Below are positions 49,339 to 59,720 of a stretch of 64,000 bases of DNA, one piece after another. A model generated the notes under the pieces. That model ran no database searches and had not been told where the DNA came from. It was given only the letters and a program-made list of their open reading frames with translations. The position numbers and the translations under genes are program-made. The first letter of the stretch is position 1. Every line of letters starts with the position of its first letter. Source of the stretch: Spirochaetia bacterium (GTDB lineage Bacteria > Spirochaetota > Spirochaetia > SZUA-6 > Bin103); the NCBI GenBank assembly GCA_965203905.1, contig CBDBDQ010000005.1, positions 5,376,001-5,440,000 of the forward strand, read 5' to 3'.

Positions 49339-51285
49339 CTAAATCTCCACCCCAATCCAGAATCCACTCTGGGTAGCCTCGAAGATCATGCCGGGATCGA
49401 GCGCACTGCCGATCACATGAACCGATGCTCCGCGTTGCTCGAATTCCCGTTGAAGTTGCCGGCTGGAGCGGGCACTGAAGGCACCTGATACCACCACGGT
49501 GTCACATTCCATGGTCTCCATACCGGTCGAAGTTTGGCCACTTACGTGGTCGACTCCGATGCCGACTACCTCCCAATTTGGGAGAACATTGATACCTCTT
49601 TGTTGGATCATGGATGCCGTATAGAGCCTCAAGAACTCATTGAGGTCATAGCCTGCGTCGGCCTCCGCATCTACCACGGTAATCTGTCTGTCCGGGGTCT
49701 GTGACAGGAACAGTGCGGTATCGATGCCGACTCCGTTGGCACCGATGACGACAATCCTGGTGCCGATGTCGCCGCTCTTTCCGGTCAGTAGATCGACCGC
49801 CGAAATGACCCGTTCCGAACCGGGAAAATCCGGGCGATCGGGTTTCGCACCGATGGCCAGCACTACCACGTCCGGCTGCACCGGGCGATCTTCCGGTGTA
49901 GTGACCTCAGAATTCAGCTCGACAGTCACCCCGTGCTTGTTCAGCATGGTCTCGAAGTAGGCGATCAACGCGCGCATCTCGGCCGCCTTTTCGGCGACTG
50001 CGGCGGCTGCCAGGAGTTGCCCGCCGAGGCGCCCATCGCGTTCCACCAGGGTCACATGGTGGCCTCGCATGGCCGCGGTGAGGGCACATTGCATGCCCGC
50101 CGGTCCGCCGCCTACGACGAGGACATTGCGGCTTCGTGCGGCGGCCCTGACCGGCTCCAGGTACTCGTTGGAAAGCTGCGGGTTCACCACGCAACGAAGC
50201 TGCCAGCCGCGCTCCATCATGCCGATGCAGTCGTTGCAGGCGATACAGGGAATGATCTCTTCCCGGGCTCCTTCGTAGTACTTCTTCGGGAGGTAGGGAT
50301 CGGCCAACAACGAACGCCCCATCGAGACCAGGTCGACGCGTCCGTCGGTCACCGCCTGTGCCGCGTACTCGAGGTCCCACCCCAACCGGCTGATGCCGAT
50401 CACCGGCCTGTCGGATTCTCGTTTCACCGCCGTCGCCAGTGGCAGCAGGGCGCCCGGCGCCTGTCCGTACAGCGAGTAGATCGCCTCGATGCTGTCGTAG
50501 ATCCCGGCCGACACGTCGAAGCAGTCGACTCCGGCCTGTTCGAGCATCGCGACCAGCTGCAGGGTATCCTCGAGGGTCGTTCCGCCCGGGATCCGCTCCT
50601 CGGCGCTCATCCGGTACAGGATCGGGAAATCGTCGCCGACTTCCCTGCGAATACGCCGCACCACCTCCACCGGAAAGCGGGCGCGGTTGGCCACGCTGCC
50701 ACCCCATTGGTCGGTGCGGCGGTTGCAATGTGGGGAGAAGAACTGGGTCAGCAGATAGCCGTGGGCGCCGTGCAGCTCGACCCCGTCGAAGCCCGCTTCG
50801 CGGGTCCGTCGCGCCCCCTCCACGAACATCTGGATGATTGCTTCGATCTCCTCCTCCTGCAAGGCCCGCGGCAGGTCCCCGCCGCGACTCGACTGCACGG
50901 CGGAGGGAGCCACCGGCTGCCGGCCTCCGGGAATATTGGAGCGCACGTTCTGGCGGCCGGTGTGCTGTAGCTGGGTCACGATCCTGGCGCCGTAACGGTG
51001 CACGGCCAACGGGATGTTGCTGAGCCCGGACCGACACATGTCGTCGTGGATGGAAACGGGATTGCCCATGGGACGGCCGTAGACCCAGTCGATACAGGTG
51101 TTCTCAAGCACGATCAGGCCGACGCCGCCGCGCGCCCGCTCCGCCAGATAAGAAATCAAGCGGTCGGTCACTTCGCCCGATTCGCTGGCGAACTTGGTGT
51201 GCATCGGCGCCATGACGAGGCGGTTCTTCAACTCCAGTCCGTTCAGCCGGACGGGTTCATAGAGAATTGACAACTGTTCATCCAT
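49339..51285 (-). CDS. NADH:flavin oxidoreductase (OYE / 2,4-dienoyl-CoA reductase-like)
   Basis: LKNRLVMAPM, GFDGVELHGAHGYLL.QF.SP..N.RTD.WGGS, CIACNDC...CVVNP, VGGGPAG. Confidence 0.92.
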   Translation of the reverse strand: MDEQLSILYEPVRLNGLELKNRLVMAPMHTKFASESGEVTDRLISYLAERARGGVGLIVLENTCIDWVYGRPMGNPVSIHDDMCRSGLSNIPLAVHRYGARIVTQLQHTGRQNVRSNIPGGRQPVAPSAVQSSRGGDLPRALQEEEIEAIIQMFVEGARRTREAGFDGVELHGAHGYLLTQFFSPHCNRRTDQWGGSVANRARFPVEVVRRIRREVGDDFPILYRMSAEERIPGGTTLEDTLQLVAMLEQAGVDCFDVSAGIYDSIEAIYSLYGQAPGALLPLATAVKRESDRPVIGISRLGWDLEYAAQAVTDGRVDLVSMGRSLLADPYLPKKYYEGAREEIIPCIACNDCIGMMERGWQLRCVVNPQLSNEYLEPVRAAARSRNVLVVGGGPAGMQCALTAAMRGHHVTLVERDGRLGGQLLAAAAVAEKAAEMRALIAYFETMLNKHGVTVELNSEVTTPEDRPVQPDVVVLAIGAKPDRPDFPGSERVISAVDLLTGKSGDIGTRIVVIGANGVGIDTALFLSQTPDRQITVVDAEADAGYDLNEFLRLYTASMIQQRGINVLPNWEVVGIGVDHVSGQTSTGMETMECDTVVVSGAFSARSSRQLQREFEQRGASVHVIGSALDPGMIFEATQSGFWIGVEI

Positions 51286-51479
51286 CGCCCGCTCCCTGGT
51301 TGTCCACGACTGCGCCCTACTCACTCGGTCAAGGCGCCTGGTACCGTGACCCGGCAGAATGCACGTCGTTCCTGGATCATTGCATGATATTGATGGCGAG
51401 CATCCTGATCAATGCACCCGAACCGGTGGAACGGACGCGATCTGCATGATTTCTGAGAGGCTCGACCACCACGGCACCA

Positions 51480-52733
51480 CTATGCCTGCTTGCCCCTCGG
51501 TTTACTGACGAGCTTGCGCAACGCCGATCGCTCCGACACGATTGTTCCTGCAGTGATGTCCTGCTCGGTGATCCGCGCGAACAGAATCTCGCCGTCCTCG
51601 GCGCGGTTGCGATCGTACTGCACGTAGAGGTAGCCGTCTGGCGCCAGTGCCACGTCCGGATAGGAGATCACGTGCCGCTCATCGAGCAGAAATCCGGTGC
51701 GCCAAGTGGCACCGTCGTCATCCGAAAGATAGGCGGTGAGATGCGATCGCCGGTCGCTTCCGCGGTGAATCTCGGTACCGTGCTTGACCAGCAGCAGGCG
51801 CCCGGAATGCAGGCGGCGAATGTGGAACCTGCTCGAAGTGGAGCGGCGCCTGACCGGCCCGTGAAACCTGCTTGAGCGGCGCCTGACCGGCTCGCTTTCG
51901 CGTTGGCCTTGAGACCCAGGCGAGGTCAGGTGGCCGAAGCTGGAAGGCCTCGGCGCGCTCCACGTGCGACCGAAGTCGGTGGAGAAACTCTCTCCGATAC
52001 CGTACTTGGTGCGGGACAGCATCCAGATCACGTGGTCGCTTCTCTCGACTACCATGTGTTCGTTGAATTCGCTGTCGGGGAAGATCACACAGCCACGCCA
52101 GCCCCACGTGATTCCCTGGTCCGAGGAGGCGAACACGCTCGCTCCTCGAATCGGATCGAGCTCGTGAAAGCAGTGCCGAAACGGATCCGATACGTGCCAC
52201 CGTTCCCACAATGACACCGGCAGCATCCAATCACCGTTCGACAGCACGATCGGCTTGCTTATGGACGCTCCAACGCTCACGTAGGTGGGTTCTGACCATA
52301 CCGGTTGGTCGGCGTCCGGATTGTCGCACCGGATGTACCAGTTGCTCCCGCATCCATCGAACATCTCGAGTGTCTGCTGGAAAAAGAGCCACAGCCGGCC
52401 CGTCGGATCGGACCACAACATACCTACCCTCGTGCACCGCTCATAGGGCAGGTCTTCGCGGTGAGGATCGATGACGAAATCAGGTTCAGTCCAGTGTTCA
52501 CCGTCGTCGTCGCTGTGTGCGACCACCAGAAACGCGGCGGGGCTGTCGCCGCCGCCAACCCAGCAGGACCACAATCGTCCTCCCGAAGTCCGCTCAATGC
52601 CTTGCGTCATGCCGTAATCGAGATGATCGTAGTCATACTCCGGCAACGGCGAATGGTTGATCACCGGTAGCTCACGGTTCCGCTCCAGGAGCTGCTGGGT
52701 GACCATCGAAGTATCTTGCATGTTGTCCTCCAA
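51480..52733 (-). CDS. Sialidase-like (GH33/BNR Asp-box) protein, paralog B
   Basis: Highly similar to paralog A along its full length; same Asp boxes. Confidence 0.85.
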   Translation of the reverse strand: MEDNMQDTSMVTQQLLERNRELPVINHSPLPEYDYDHLDYGMTQGIERTSGGRLWSCWVGGGDSPAAFLVVAHSDDDGEHWTEPDFVIDPHREDLPYERCTRVGMLWSDPTGRLWLFFQQTLEMFDGCGSNWYIRCDNPDADQPVWSEPTYVSVGASISKPIVLSNGDWMLPVSLWERWHVSDPFRHCFHELDPIRGASVFASSDQGITWGWRGCVIFPDSEFNEHMVVERSDHVIWMLSRTKYGIGESFSTDFGRTWSAPRPSSFGHLTSPGSQGQRESEPVRRRSSRFHGPVRRRSTSSRFHIRRLHSGRLLLVKHGTEIHRGSDRRSHLTAYLSDDDGATWRTGFLLDERHVISYPDVALAPDGYLYVQYDRNRAEDGEILFARITEQDITAGTIVSERSALRKLVSKPRGKQA

Positions 52734-52976
52734 TCATGCCAGGATCACGCCGTAGGCATCGGCTCAAGCGAAATCATAGAGCAAACGCGGAAGCTTGCGC
52801 AACGCACCCCGTTCCCGGATCGTTGCAGTGAATTGATACGGCACATATCGCATCGATGGGACAGCCAAGGCCGCGGCCTCGGCGACGCGTCGCGGCAACG
52901 TGCCTGCGGTGGTTGCGAAGGCGGCCCGAATGTGCTACTAACGTCAAGGAGCGAGTAGAGACAAGAGGTTCGTGTC

Positions 52977-54200
52977 GTGCGAGTGGTCCAGTGTGAATTC
53001 CGCTGCAGTCCCAAGAGTACCGGCCAGTTCGACAATCTCGAAAGGCCGCACATTCAGAAGCCGGGCGAGTTCGGGGTCCACTACATCGTGGCGGAGGACG
53101 GAGTTTTCCGAATCAACGACTACCGGTTTCCACTGCGGCGTGATTCCGTGTTCGTGACGTTTCCGAATGACAGCTACTCGTTTCTGTTGTCCGGTCCCGA
53201 TATCTCCTTTGCCTACTACGTGCTGTCGTTCCAACTCGACGAGTCGGACCGCCTGGTGCGCGACCTGTTGCACGCCGACATTCACACCAGGCAGGCGTTC
53301 TACCCGAAACGCCACATGCGCCCGCTCTTCGACGAGGTGATCCAGCACCACGTAGGCGGATCCCCCTACCTCGGCGAAGCCGAAAAGCACCTCGTGATCG
53401 GCATCCTGTATTCGCTGCTTGACGTGCAGCAGGAACGGACCCCCACCGCCGTCGCCGTCGAGCATGTCGAGAAGGCGATCGAGTGGATGCACGAACACAT
53501 TCACGAACATGTCACGCTCAAGGACCTGTGCAGCAGACTGCACTTGACGGACGCCCACTTCATTCGCCTGTTTCGGAACAATCAGGGCATCTCGCCAATC
53601 AAGTACTTCCGGCGTCTGAAGATCGACGCGGCCGCCAATCTGTTGTTGGAGACCACCACGCCGATCTACCAGATTTCGGAGGTCTTCGCGTTCAACAGTC
53701 CGGCCCATTTCTGCCGCACCTTCAAGCAATACATGGGCATGAGTCCATCCCAATACCGCAATAGCGAGATACCCGATCCGAAGTCTCGAGAACGCACCTA
53801 CCAGCAACAACTCGAGGATGCTTACAACCTCCTGCAGACGGTCGTGGAGGAGTCTCCCGACCTGATCTTCTTCAAGGATGTCAATGGTGTCTATATGGGA
53901 TGTAACGCGGCCTTCTGCGGTTTTGTCGGACGCGTCAAGCACGACATCATCGGGCGCTCGGACTACGACATTCACCCACTCGACAAGGCCGAGTTCTTCG
54001 TCCGCCATGATATCCCGGTACTCCGCTACAATCGGGCGCTCAAGAATGAGGAGACGCTGGTATTCCCCGACGGCCGAGAGCGGCTCTATCAGGTCTACAA
54101 GGCTCCTTTCCACGATCCTCAGGGGCGCACCATCGGCCTCGTCGGGATCAGCCGCGACATCACCGACCTCAAGCGGATCGGCGAGTCGGCGCTTGCCTAG
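52977..54200 (+). CDS. AraC-family regulator with C-terminal PAS domain
   Basis: Cupin-like N-terminus; AraC HTH (HFIRLF..QGISP..Y...FNSPAHFCRTFKQYMGMSPSQYR); then PDLIFFKD..G.Y..CN...GLVGISRDITD. Confidence 0.88.
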   Translation: MRVVQCEFRCSPKSTGQFDNLERPHIQKPGEFGVHYIVAEDGVFRINDYRFPLRRDSVFVTFPNDSYSFLLSGPDISFAYYVLSFQLDESDRLVRDLLHADIHTRQAFYPKRHMRPLFDEVIQHHVGGSPYLGEAEKHLVIGILYSLLDVQQERTPTAVAVEHVEKAIEWMHEHIHEHVTLKDLCSRLHLTDAHFIRLFRNNQGISPIKYFRRLKIDAAANLLLETTTPIYQISEVFAFNSPAHFCRTFKQYMGMSPSQYRNSEIPDPKSRERTYQQQLEDAYNLLQTVVEESPDLIFFKDVNGVYMGCNAAFCGFVGRVKHDIIGRSDYDIHPLDKAEFFVRHDIPVLRYNRALKNEETLVFPDGRERLYQVYKAPFHDPQGRTIGLVGISRDITDLKRIGESALA

Positions 54201-54332
54201 CCCCTCGAATCAATTCTGTACAACTATTACCTGATAATCTGCATTCCCGCGGTTTCCGGCGTGGTGCTATCACTGTGTCCAGCAGTTCCGGCGACGGTGG
54301 GCACTTGGTCGACCCACGAGGAGACATAGCAG

Positions 54333-55514
54333 ATGGCAAGTGAGCAGCTCAAGGTGGCCATTATCGGACTCGGATTCGGGACTCAGTTCATCCCCATTTA
54401 CCAACGCCATCCGGACGTTGCGATGCACGCGATATGCAGGCGCTCACGGGCGTCGCTGGAGGCGATTGGCGATGCCTTTGGCGTTCCCCGACGGTATTCT
54501 AGGTACGCCGACGTCCTGGCTGACCCGGAGGTCGACTTCGTCCACATCAACACGCCGATTCCGGAGCACGGCCCGATGTCCATCGCCGCACTGGAAGCCG
54601 GCAAGCATGTGCTTGCTACCGTTCCAATGGCGATCGATGTGGACCAATGTCTCAGGATTGTCGAGTTGGTGAAATCCACCGGACTCAAGTACATGATGGC
54701 GGAGACCGTGCTCTATTCGCGGGAGTATTTCTACGCCAAAGAGCTTCTGGATGCGGGCAAGCTTGGCGAACTTCAATTCCTGCAGGGCAGTCACCACCAG
54801 GATATGGACGGATGGCCGGACGCCTGGCCCGGCCTGCCGCCGATGTACTACGCTACGCATTGCATCAGCCCCTGCCTGGCGCTGGCCGGCGGTGAGGCCG
54901 AGTCCGTCTCGGGCTTCGGTTCGGGACGCATTCGCGACCATCTCGCGCGCCGTTACGGCTCACCGTTTGCGGTCGAGACCGCGCACATCAAGGTACACGA
55001 CTCGGACTTGACGGTGCGCGTATATCGATCGCTGTTCGATACCGCCCGCCAGTACCGTGAGAGCTTCGACGTGTTTGGCACCCTGCAGTCGCTCGAGTGG
55101 CCGCTGGTCGAAGGGGAAGGCCTCGTGCTGCATACCGCCAAGCGTCCCCAGCAGGAGACCACCGAGCGGGTCCACGCGCCCGACTACGCGGATCGCCTGC
55201 CCGTCGAAATCCGGCCCTTCACGACGAAGACATTTCTCGATCTCGAAGAGTATCAGCACCTTGCCGCCGCGGGTGCCGATCCCGACGGTACCCACACCCA
55301 CCTCGTGACCGATCCAGGTTCCCTGGAGGGACACGGCGGTTCGCATCCGCACCTGGTGCACGAGTTCGTGTCCGCGCTGGTGCATGATCGCGATCCGTTT
55401 CCGAACGCGATCCAGGCGGCGAACTACACCTGCGCCGGCCTGTTGGCACACCAGTCGGCACTCCAGGGCGGAGCACCGGTGTCATTACCTATCCCTTTAC
55501 TGACCCGATCATGA
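54333..55514 (+). CDS. Gfo/Idh/MocA oxidoreductase
   Basis: VAIIGLGFG, VHINTPIPEH, AGKHV..TVPMA, YATH, GHGGSHPHL. Confidence 0.9.
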   Translation: MASEQLKVAIIGLGFGTQFIPIYQRHPDVAMHAICRRSRASLEAIGDAFGVPRRYSRYADVLADPEVDFVHINTPIPEHGPMSIAALEAGKHVLATVPMAIDVDQCLRIVELVKSTGLKYMMAETVLYSREYFYAKELLDAGKLGELQFLQGSHHQDMDGWPDAWPGLPPMYYATHCISPCLALAGGEAESVSGFGSGRIRDHLARRYGSPFAVETAHIKVHDSDLTVRVYRSLFDTARQYRESFDVFGTLQSLEWPLVEGEGLVLHTAKRPQQETTERVHAPDYADRLPVEIRPFTTKTFLDLEEYQHLAAAGADPDGTHTHLVTDPGSLEGHGGSHPHLVHEFVSALVHDRDPFPNAIQAANYTCAGLLAHQSALQGGAPVSLPIPLLTRS

Positions 55515-56403
55515 TACCCTTGACGAAGTGCCTCTGCAGAAACGGATAGATACACATGATCGGCACCACGGTAATCAGCATGGTAGCCATCTGCATGGTA
55601 AGGGATGAGGCTTCTTTCAGTGACTGCAGCTCGGCGTCGGTCATCTGCGCGTCCGTCTCCTGCATCACCGTGGTGGCGATGAACTGCTGCCGTATCAGGA
55701 TCTGGGCGAAGTAGTACGACAGCACCTCCAGGCTCTCGCTGTCCGTGTAGATCATCGTGTCGACCCACATGCTCCATTGAAACACGGCTACAAAGAGCAC
55801 TATGCAGGCGACCACCGGCTTGATCACCGGAAGCATGATGCGGAAATAGATAGTGATCTCGTTGGCGCCATCGACCAGCGCACTCTCCTCCAGCGCATCC
55901 GGGATCGACTTGAAATACGCGAGGAACACCAGCACGTAGAACATGTTGAACGCTTCCGGCAGGATATACACCAGGAAGTTGTCATACAGCCCCAGGTCTC
56001 TGATCACGATGAAGGTCGGGATCATGCCGCCGTTGAAATACATGGTGATCAGGCCCAGAATCGCGAACAGGCCCCGCAGACGCAACTTGCGATGCAGAAT
56101 CGCATAGGCAAACATCGACGTGATGAGCACCGAGACGAAAGCCCCGAGAACAGTTCTCAGGACACTGTTGCGAGCATACAGCAGGAAATTCTCATCCTGC
56201 AGCACGCGCACGTAGCTCCTTGTCGAAAACACCCGCGGCCACAGGTACACCACTCCTCGATTCATGATGTCCACGCCACTGCTGAAAGAGATGATCAAGC
56301 ACTGGTACAGCGGATAGATCATCAGAAGCGAAAACAGGACCAGCAGGATGGTATTGACCGTATCGAATCCGTGGTCCCGCAGGAACTGCCGTGCACCGCT
56401 CAA
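55489..56403 (-). CDS. Carbohydrate ABC transporter permease
   Basis: FNGGMIPT, IPDALEESALVDGA (EAA loop), YPFLQRHFVKG. Confidence 0.93.
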   Translation of the reverse strand: MSGARQFLRDHGFDTVNTILLVLFSLLMIYPLYQCLIISFSSGVDIMNRGVVYLWPRVFSTRSYVRVLQDENFLLYARNSVLRTVLGAFVSVLITSMFAYAILHRKLRLRGLFAILGLITMYFNGGMIPTFIVIRDLGLYDNFLVYILPEAFNMFYVLVFLAYFKSIPDALEESALVDGANEITIYFRIMLPVIKPVVACIVLFVAVFQWSMWVDTMIYTDSESLEVLSYYFAQILIRQQFIATTVMQETDAQMTDAELQSLKEASSLTMQMATMLITVVPIMCIYPFLQRHFVKGIMIGSVKG

Positions 56404-57329
56404 AAAAGACCTTCCTTGGTGAGCTTGCGGGAGGCGTAATTGGCGCTTACCACGAGGATCAACGAAACCATCGCAAAGATCAAGGTAACCGCGGTCGCGT
56501 AGGAAAAGCGTCCCATGCTGATCCCGACGCGCAGTATGTAGGTGGGAAGAATCTCGGACCGCGCCGCGTTCAGTGCATTCCGCAACAGGTAACTGAGATC
56601 GAAGTTGGCGCCGTTTACGATCCTTCCGACCTGTAGAATGAGCAGCAGTACCACCGTGGGCTTGATTCCCGGAAGGGATATACGCACCATCTTCTGGAAG
56701 CGGTTTGCGCCATCTATCGTGGCCGCCTCGTAGAGTTCAACCGGTATCGCGGTGAGTGCCGCGAGAAAGATAATGGAACTCCATCCGGTCTCCTTCCAGA
56801 TGTCGGTAAACACCACCACCCACCAGAACGCCTCGGCTCTGCCCAGGAACAGGTAGGGCTCCTGGAGGATGCCCAATCCGGTCAACACCTTGTTCACGAT
56901 GCCCCAGTTGGCCAGCGCGATGCTGAGCATCAACGCCACTACCGAGTACGCAATGAAATGCGGCATATAGCTGATCGTCTGAACTGTCCGCCGAAATTGG
57001 TTGTTGCGAACTTCGTTGAGCATCAGAGCCAGTACGATAGGCAGAGGAAACCCCAATACCAGCTTGAGTATGCTGATGCCGAGGGTATTGACAATTGCTG
57101 GGACCACGGTGATGTCCTGGAACAGATACTGGAACTGTTTCAGTCCCGCCCAAGGACTGCCCCACGTGCCGAGTCGAAAGCTGAAGTCCTTGAAGGCGAT
57201 CTGGAGCCCCAGGATTGGCAGATACCGGAATACGATCATTATCACCAAGGCGGGCAGCAGCAGCGCCAGCAGATAGCGCTGACGCCAGAGGTCTTTGCGA
57301 AGGGTGCCGAGGTATGCTCTCATTGCCAC
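56400..57329 (-). CDS. Carbohydrate ABC transporter permease (LplB-like)
   Basis: SPWAGLKQF, QTISYMPHF, WKETGW, LYEAATIDGA. Confidence 0.93.
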   Translation of the reverse strand: MAMRAYLGTLRKDLWRQRYLLALLLPALVIMIVFRYLPILGLQIAFKDFSFRLGTWGSPWAGLKQFQYLFQDITVVPAIVNTLGISILKLVLGFPLPIVLALMLNEVRNNQFRRTVQTISYMPHFIAYSVVALMLSIALANWGIVNKVLTGLGILQEPYLFLGRAEAFWWVVVFTDIWKETGWSSIIFLAALTAIPVELYEAATIDGANRFQKMVRISLPGIKPTVVLLLILQVGRIVNGANFDLSYLLRNALNAARSEILPTYILRVGISMGRFSYATAVTLIFAMVSLILVVSANYASRKLTKEGLF

Positions 57330-57408
57330 TCCTCAAAGCAACGACCACCGTGAGCGGCTTGGCGAGCGGTTGCCGCTCCTGCCTGGGGGTTGCTGTGCGG
57401 GAAAGCAT

Positions 57409-57449
57409 AAAAAACAGGACGTACCATGTCAAACACGGTACGTCCTGTT
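57409..57449 (-). terminator. Stem-loop/terminator between the solute-binding and permease genes
   Basis: Perfect 13-bp inverted repeat AACAGGACGTACC...GGTACGTCCTGTT, ending in a T6 run on the minus strand. Confidence 0.8.
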
Positions 57450-57476
57450 CGAGCTTACTTGAGGGTTGTCAACGAC

Positions 57477-59273
57477 CTACTGTGCCTTCCAGCGATCGTT
57501 GCGGGTTTCCCCGAGAAGGTTCTCGTAGTAGCGGTAGCGCTCCGTCATCAGGACCTCCAGGTCCTTGAGTCCGGTCCGCTCCATGTCTCGAATCAGCTTT
57601 TCATAGGCGGCCTCGAATTCGGCCTCGCTATCGGCCAGCACCAGGTTCACCTCGCCGTCCTGCCACACTTGCATGACGTTGTCAAACAACAGCTTCGCTT
57701 CCTTCTCGCGGAAGTTTCCGGTCAGGATCGCGGTCTTGAACGGGGTAGCATAGTTGTACGCGATCCTGGGTGTGGAGAGGCCGAGTATCTGGTTGACGCC
57801 ACCAATGTTCTCTACCCCGTGCAGGGGGCGGTAGGCGAACGACTGCACGTATCTTGGCCGGTAAGCGAAGTTGAGGTTGCCGGTGCCGTACTTCTGGAGG
57901 CGCTCCAGATCGGTGAAATCCTGAAGGTCTTTGGCGTACTCGTCGGTCTTGGTGATGAAGCCACCCTCGGGGTCATAGGTGAAGTCCTCATACCACGCCT
58001 GGGGAGAGGCCGCGGCTGCGTCGTCGCCCTGGAAGCCATGAAAGAACAGCAACTGAATCTCGTTGCTGGTGACGGTCATGAGGAACTCCAGCGCGCGCAG
58101 TGGATCGTCCGCATCCTTGGTAATGTACCAGCCACCCTGGCTTCCTATGTTGGACCAGTTGAAGTCGTCGATCAGGAGCATGTCACGGGTGACTCCCTCG
58201 CCCAGCACGATATCCTGACCCCACCACAGAAAGCGGTCGGTGATGTCGGGGATTTCGGGAATCCGTCGATGCCGCCAGATTGACCCTTCTTCGCCGATAA
58301 TGAAGGCGATCTCGCCATCCAGCGCGAGCCGCTTCACGTTCTGATCGGAGAGCGACCGGGTGAAGGTGAAGTTTTCCGGGTGAATGAGCCCGGAACGATA
58401 CAGATCATTGATGAAGGCGGCCGCCTTCTTGTATTCCTCAGAGCGCACGTTGAAGGAGACCGTGTCGTAGTCCGGAGTACCGTCGGGCAACGGATATACG
58501 ATGCTTGGACCGGCGAAGCTGGCCACGATTACCTGCATGTAGGTAAGCTGGAACCGCGATACGGTCATGTTCTTGTATTCCATCAGGTACACGGGGTACT
58601 CGACGAGGTCCTTGGCCTGCAGCGCCAGTTCCTTGAAATCGTCCAACGTCTGGATCACCGACTGGCCTTTTCTGATGCCGTTGATCACCTGGTCTTCGGT
58701 GTATCCCAACTGCTTCATTACATTCATGTTGGCATGAATGATGTGATTGCCGGCCAGCTTGGCGCCGTAGGGTAGCTTGGCGAGCATTTCGACATCGGCG
58801 TAGGCGGCGTTTATGTAGTAGATGTCGCCGGCTGGATCGGCGTGAATCTTCTCGTAGTCGGTATGCAGCATGTCCCAGAACTCGGGAAATCCCTCATCCG
58901 CGATCTTGTTCAACGGCAGGAACACGCCTTCCTCGATGAGAGCCGGATCGTAATCCATGAACACCATGAAATCAGGCAACTCGCGACCGGAAGCCAACAT
59001 CGTATAGAATTCCTGGTTGTCGCGCGTGGTAGCATACTCGATGTCCAGTGAGACACCGGTGCGCTCGGTCACGAGCTGCGACACCGGGTCCATTCCCCAC
59101 TCCCAGCCGGGATGACGGTCGGGCAGTGACATGAACACCGACATCGTGACAGGACCGTCCGCGGCACCGGGCTCGGCGGCCTCTTCCTCGGCACCGGCAA
59201 ATAGTAGGAGCGGGGCCGAGATCAGGAAGCAGAGCGCGGCCGCGAGGGCCAGCACGGATTTTCCTCTTTTCAT
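57477..59273 (-). CDS. Extracellular solute-binding protein of a carbohydrate ABC transporter
   Basis: Signal peptide; ERTGVSL, MLASG.ELPD, LYRSGLI.PE; upstream of two permeases. Confidence 0.88.
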   Translation of the reverse strand: MKRGKSVLALAAALCFLISAPLLLFAGAEEEAAEPGAADGPVTMSVFMSLPDRHPGWEWGMDPVSQLVTERTGVSLDIEYATTRDNQEFYTMLASGRELPDFMVFMDYDPALIEEGVFLPLNKIADEGFPEFWDMLHTDYEKIHADPAGDIYYINAAYADVEMLAKLPYGAKLAGNHIIHANMNVMKQLGYTEDQVINGIRKGQSVIQTLDDFKELALQAKDLVEYPVYLMEYKNMTVSRFQLTYMQVIVASFAGPSIVYPLPDGTPDYDTVSFNVRSEEYKKAAAFINDLYRSGLIHPENFTFTRSLSDQNVKRLALDGEIAFIIGEEGSIWRHRRIPEIPDITDRFLWWGQDIVLGEGVTRDMLLIDDFNWSNIGSQGGWYITKDADDPLRALEFLMTVTSNEIQLLFFHGFQGDDAAAASPQAWYEDFTYDPEGGFITKTDEYAKDLQDFTDLERLQKYGTGNLNFAYRPRYVQSFAYRPLHGVENIGGVNQILGLSTPRIAYNYATPFKTAILTGNFREKEAKLLFDNVMQVWQDGEVNLVLADSEAEFEAAYEKLIRDMERTGLKDLEVLMTERYRYYENLLGETRNDRWKAQ

Positions 59274-59396
59274 TTCACACCTCCACGGCAGATAGGGTTA
59301 TACATGATGCAGCGTAACCCCGGCGAAACAGGAGCGGAATGTCGATTATTCGTCGAAAATTGCACATAATTGATATGAGCTAGGAGGAGACAGCGG

Positions 59397-59720
59397 ATGT
59401 ATTCCCTTGGTCTGGCGATGCGGCTGCGCCCCGGCGCGTACGCCGAGTACAAGCGTGCCCACGACGAGTTGTGGCCCGACGTGGCGCAGAGCATGAGCGA
59501 CAATCAGGTGAGCATGGCGATCTACCGCTATGGCGAGAGCCTGATCATTCACGCGGTGGCGCCCACCGAGGAGGACTGGCTGAAGAGCCGTCAGGTGCCG
59601 ATCCTGGAGGAGTGGATGGCCTACATGGCGACGCTCATCGAGACCGGTGACGACGGTCAGGTGGAATTCGAGGAACTGGAGGAGGCGTTTTCGTTCGGCC
59701 GGTTCCGCCAGGAGGGGTAG
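59397..59720 (+). CDS. rhaM: L-rhamnose mutarotase family protein
   Basis: MRLRPG..AEYKRAHDELWP...W..YM; GGAGGA SD. Confidence 0.75.
   Translation: MYSLGLAMRLRPGAYAEYKRAHDELWPDVAQSMSDNQVSMAIYRYGESLIIHAVAPTEEDWLKSRQVPILEEWMAYMATLIETGDDGQVEFEELEEAFSFGRFRQEG

Noticed and set aside
55489-55514. 26-bp convergent overlap of the oxidoreductase and permease 3' ends as antisense regulation
   Set aside because: Short tail-to-tail overlaps are common in GC-rich genomes; nothing else supports a function.
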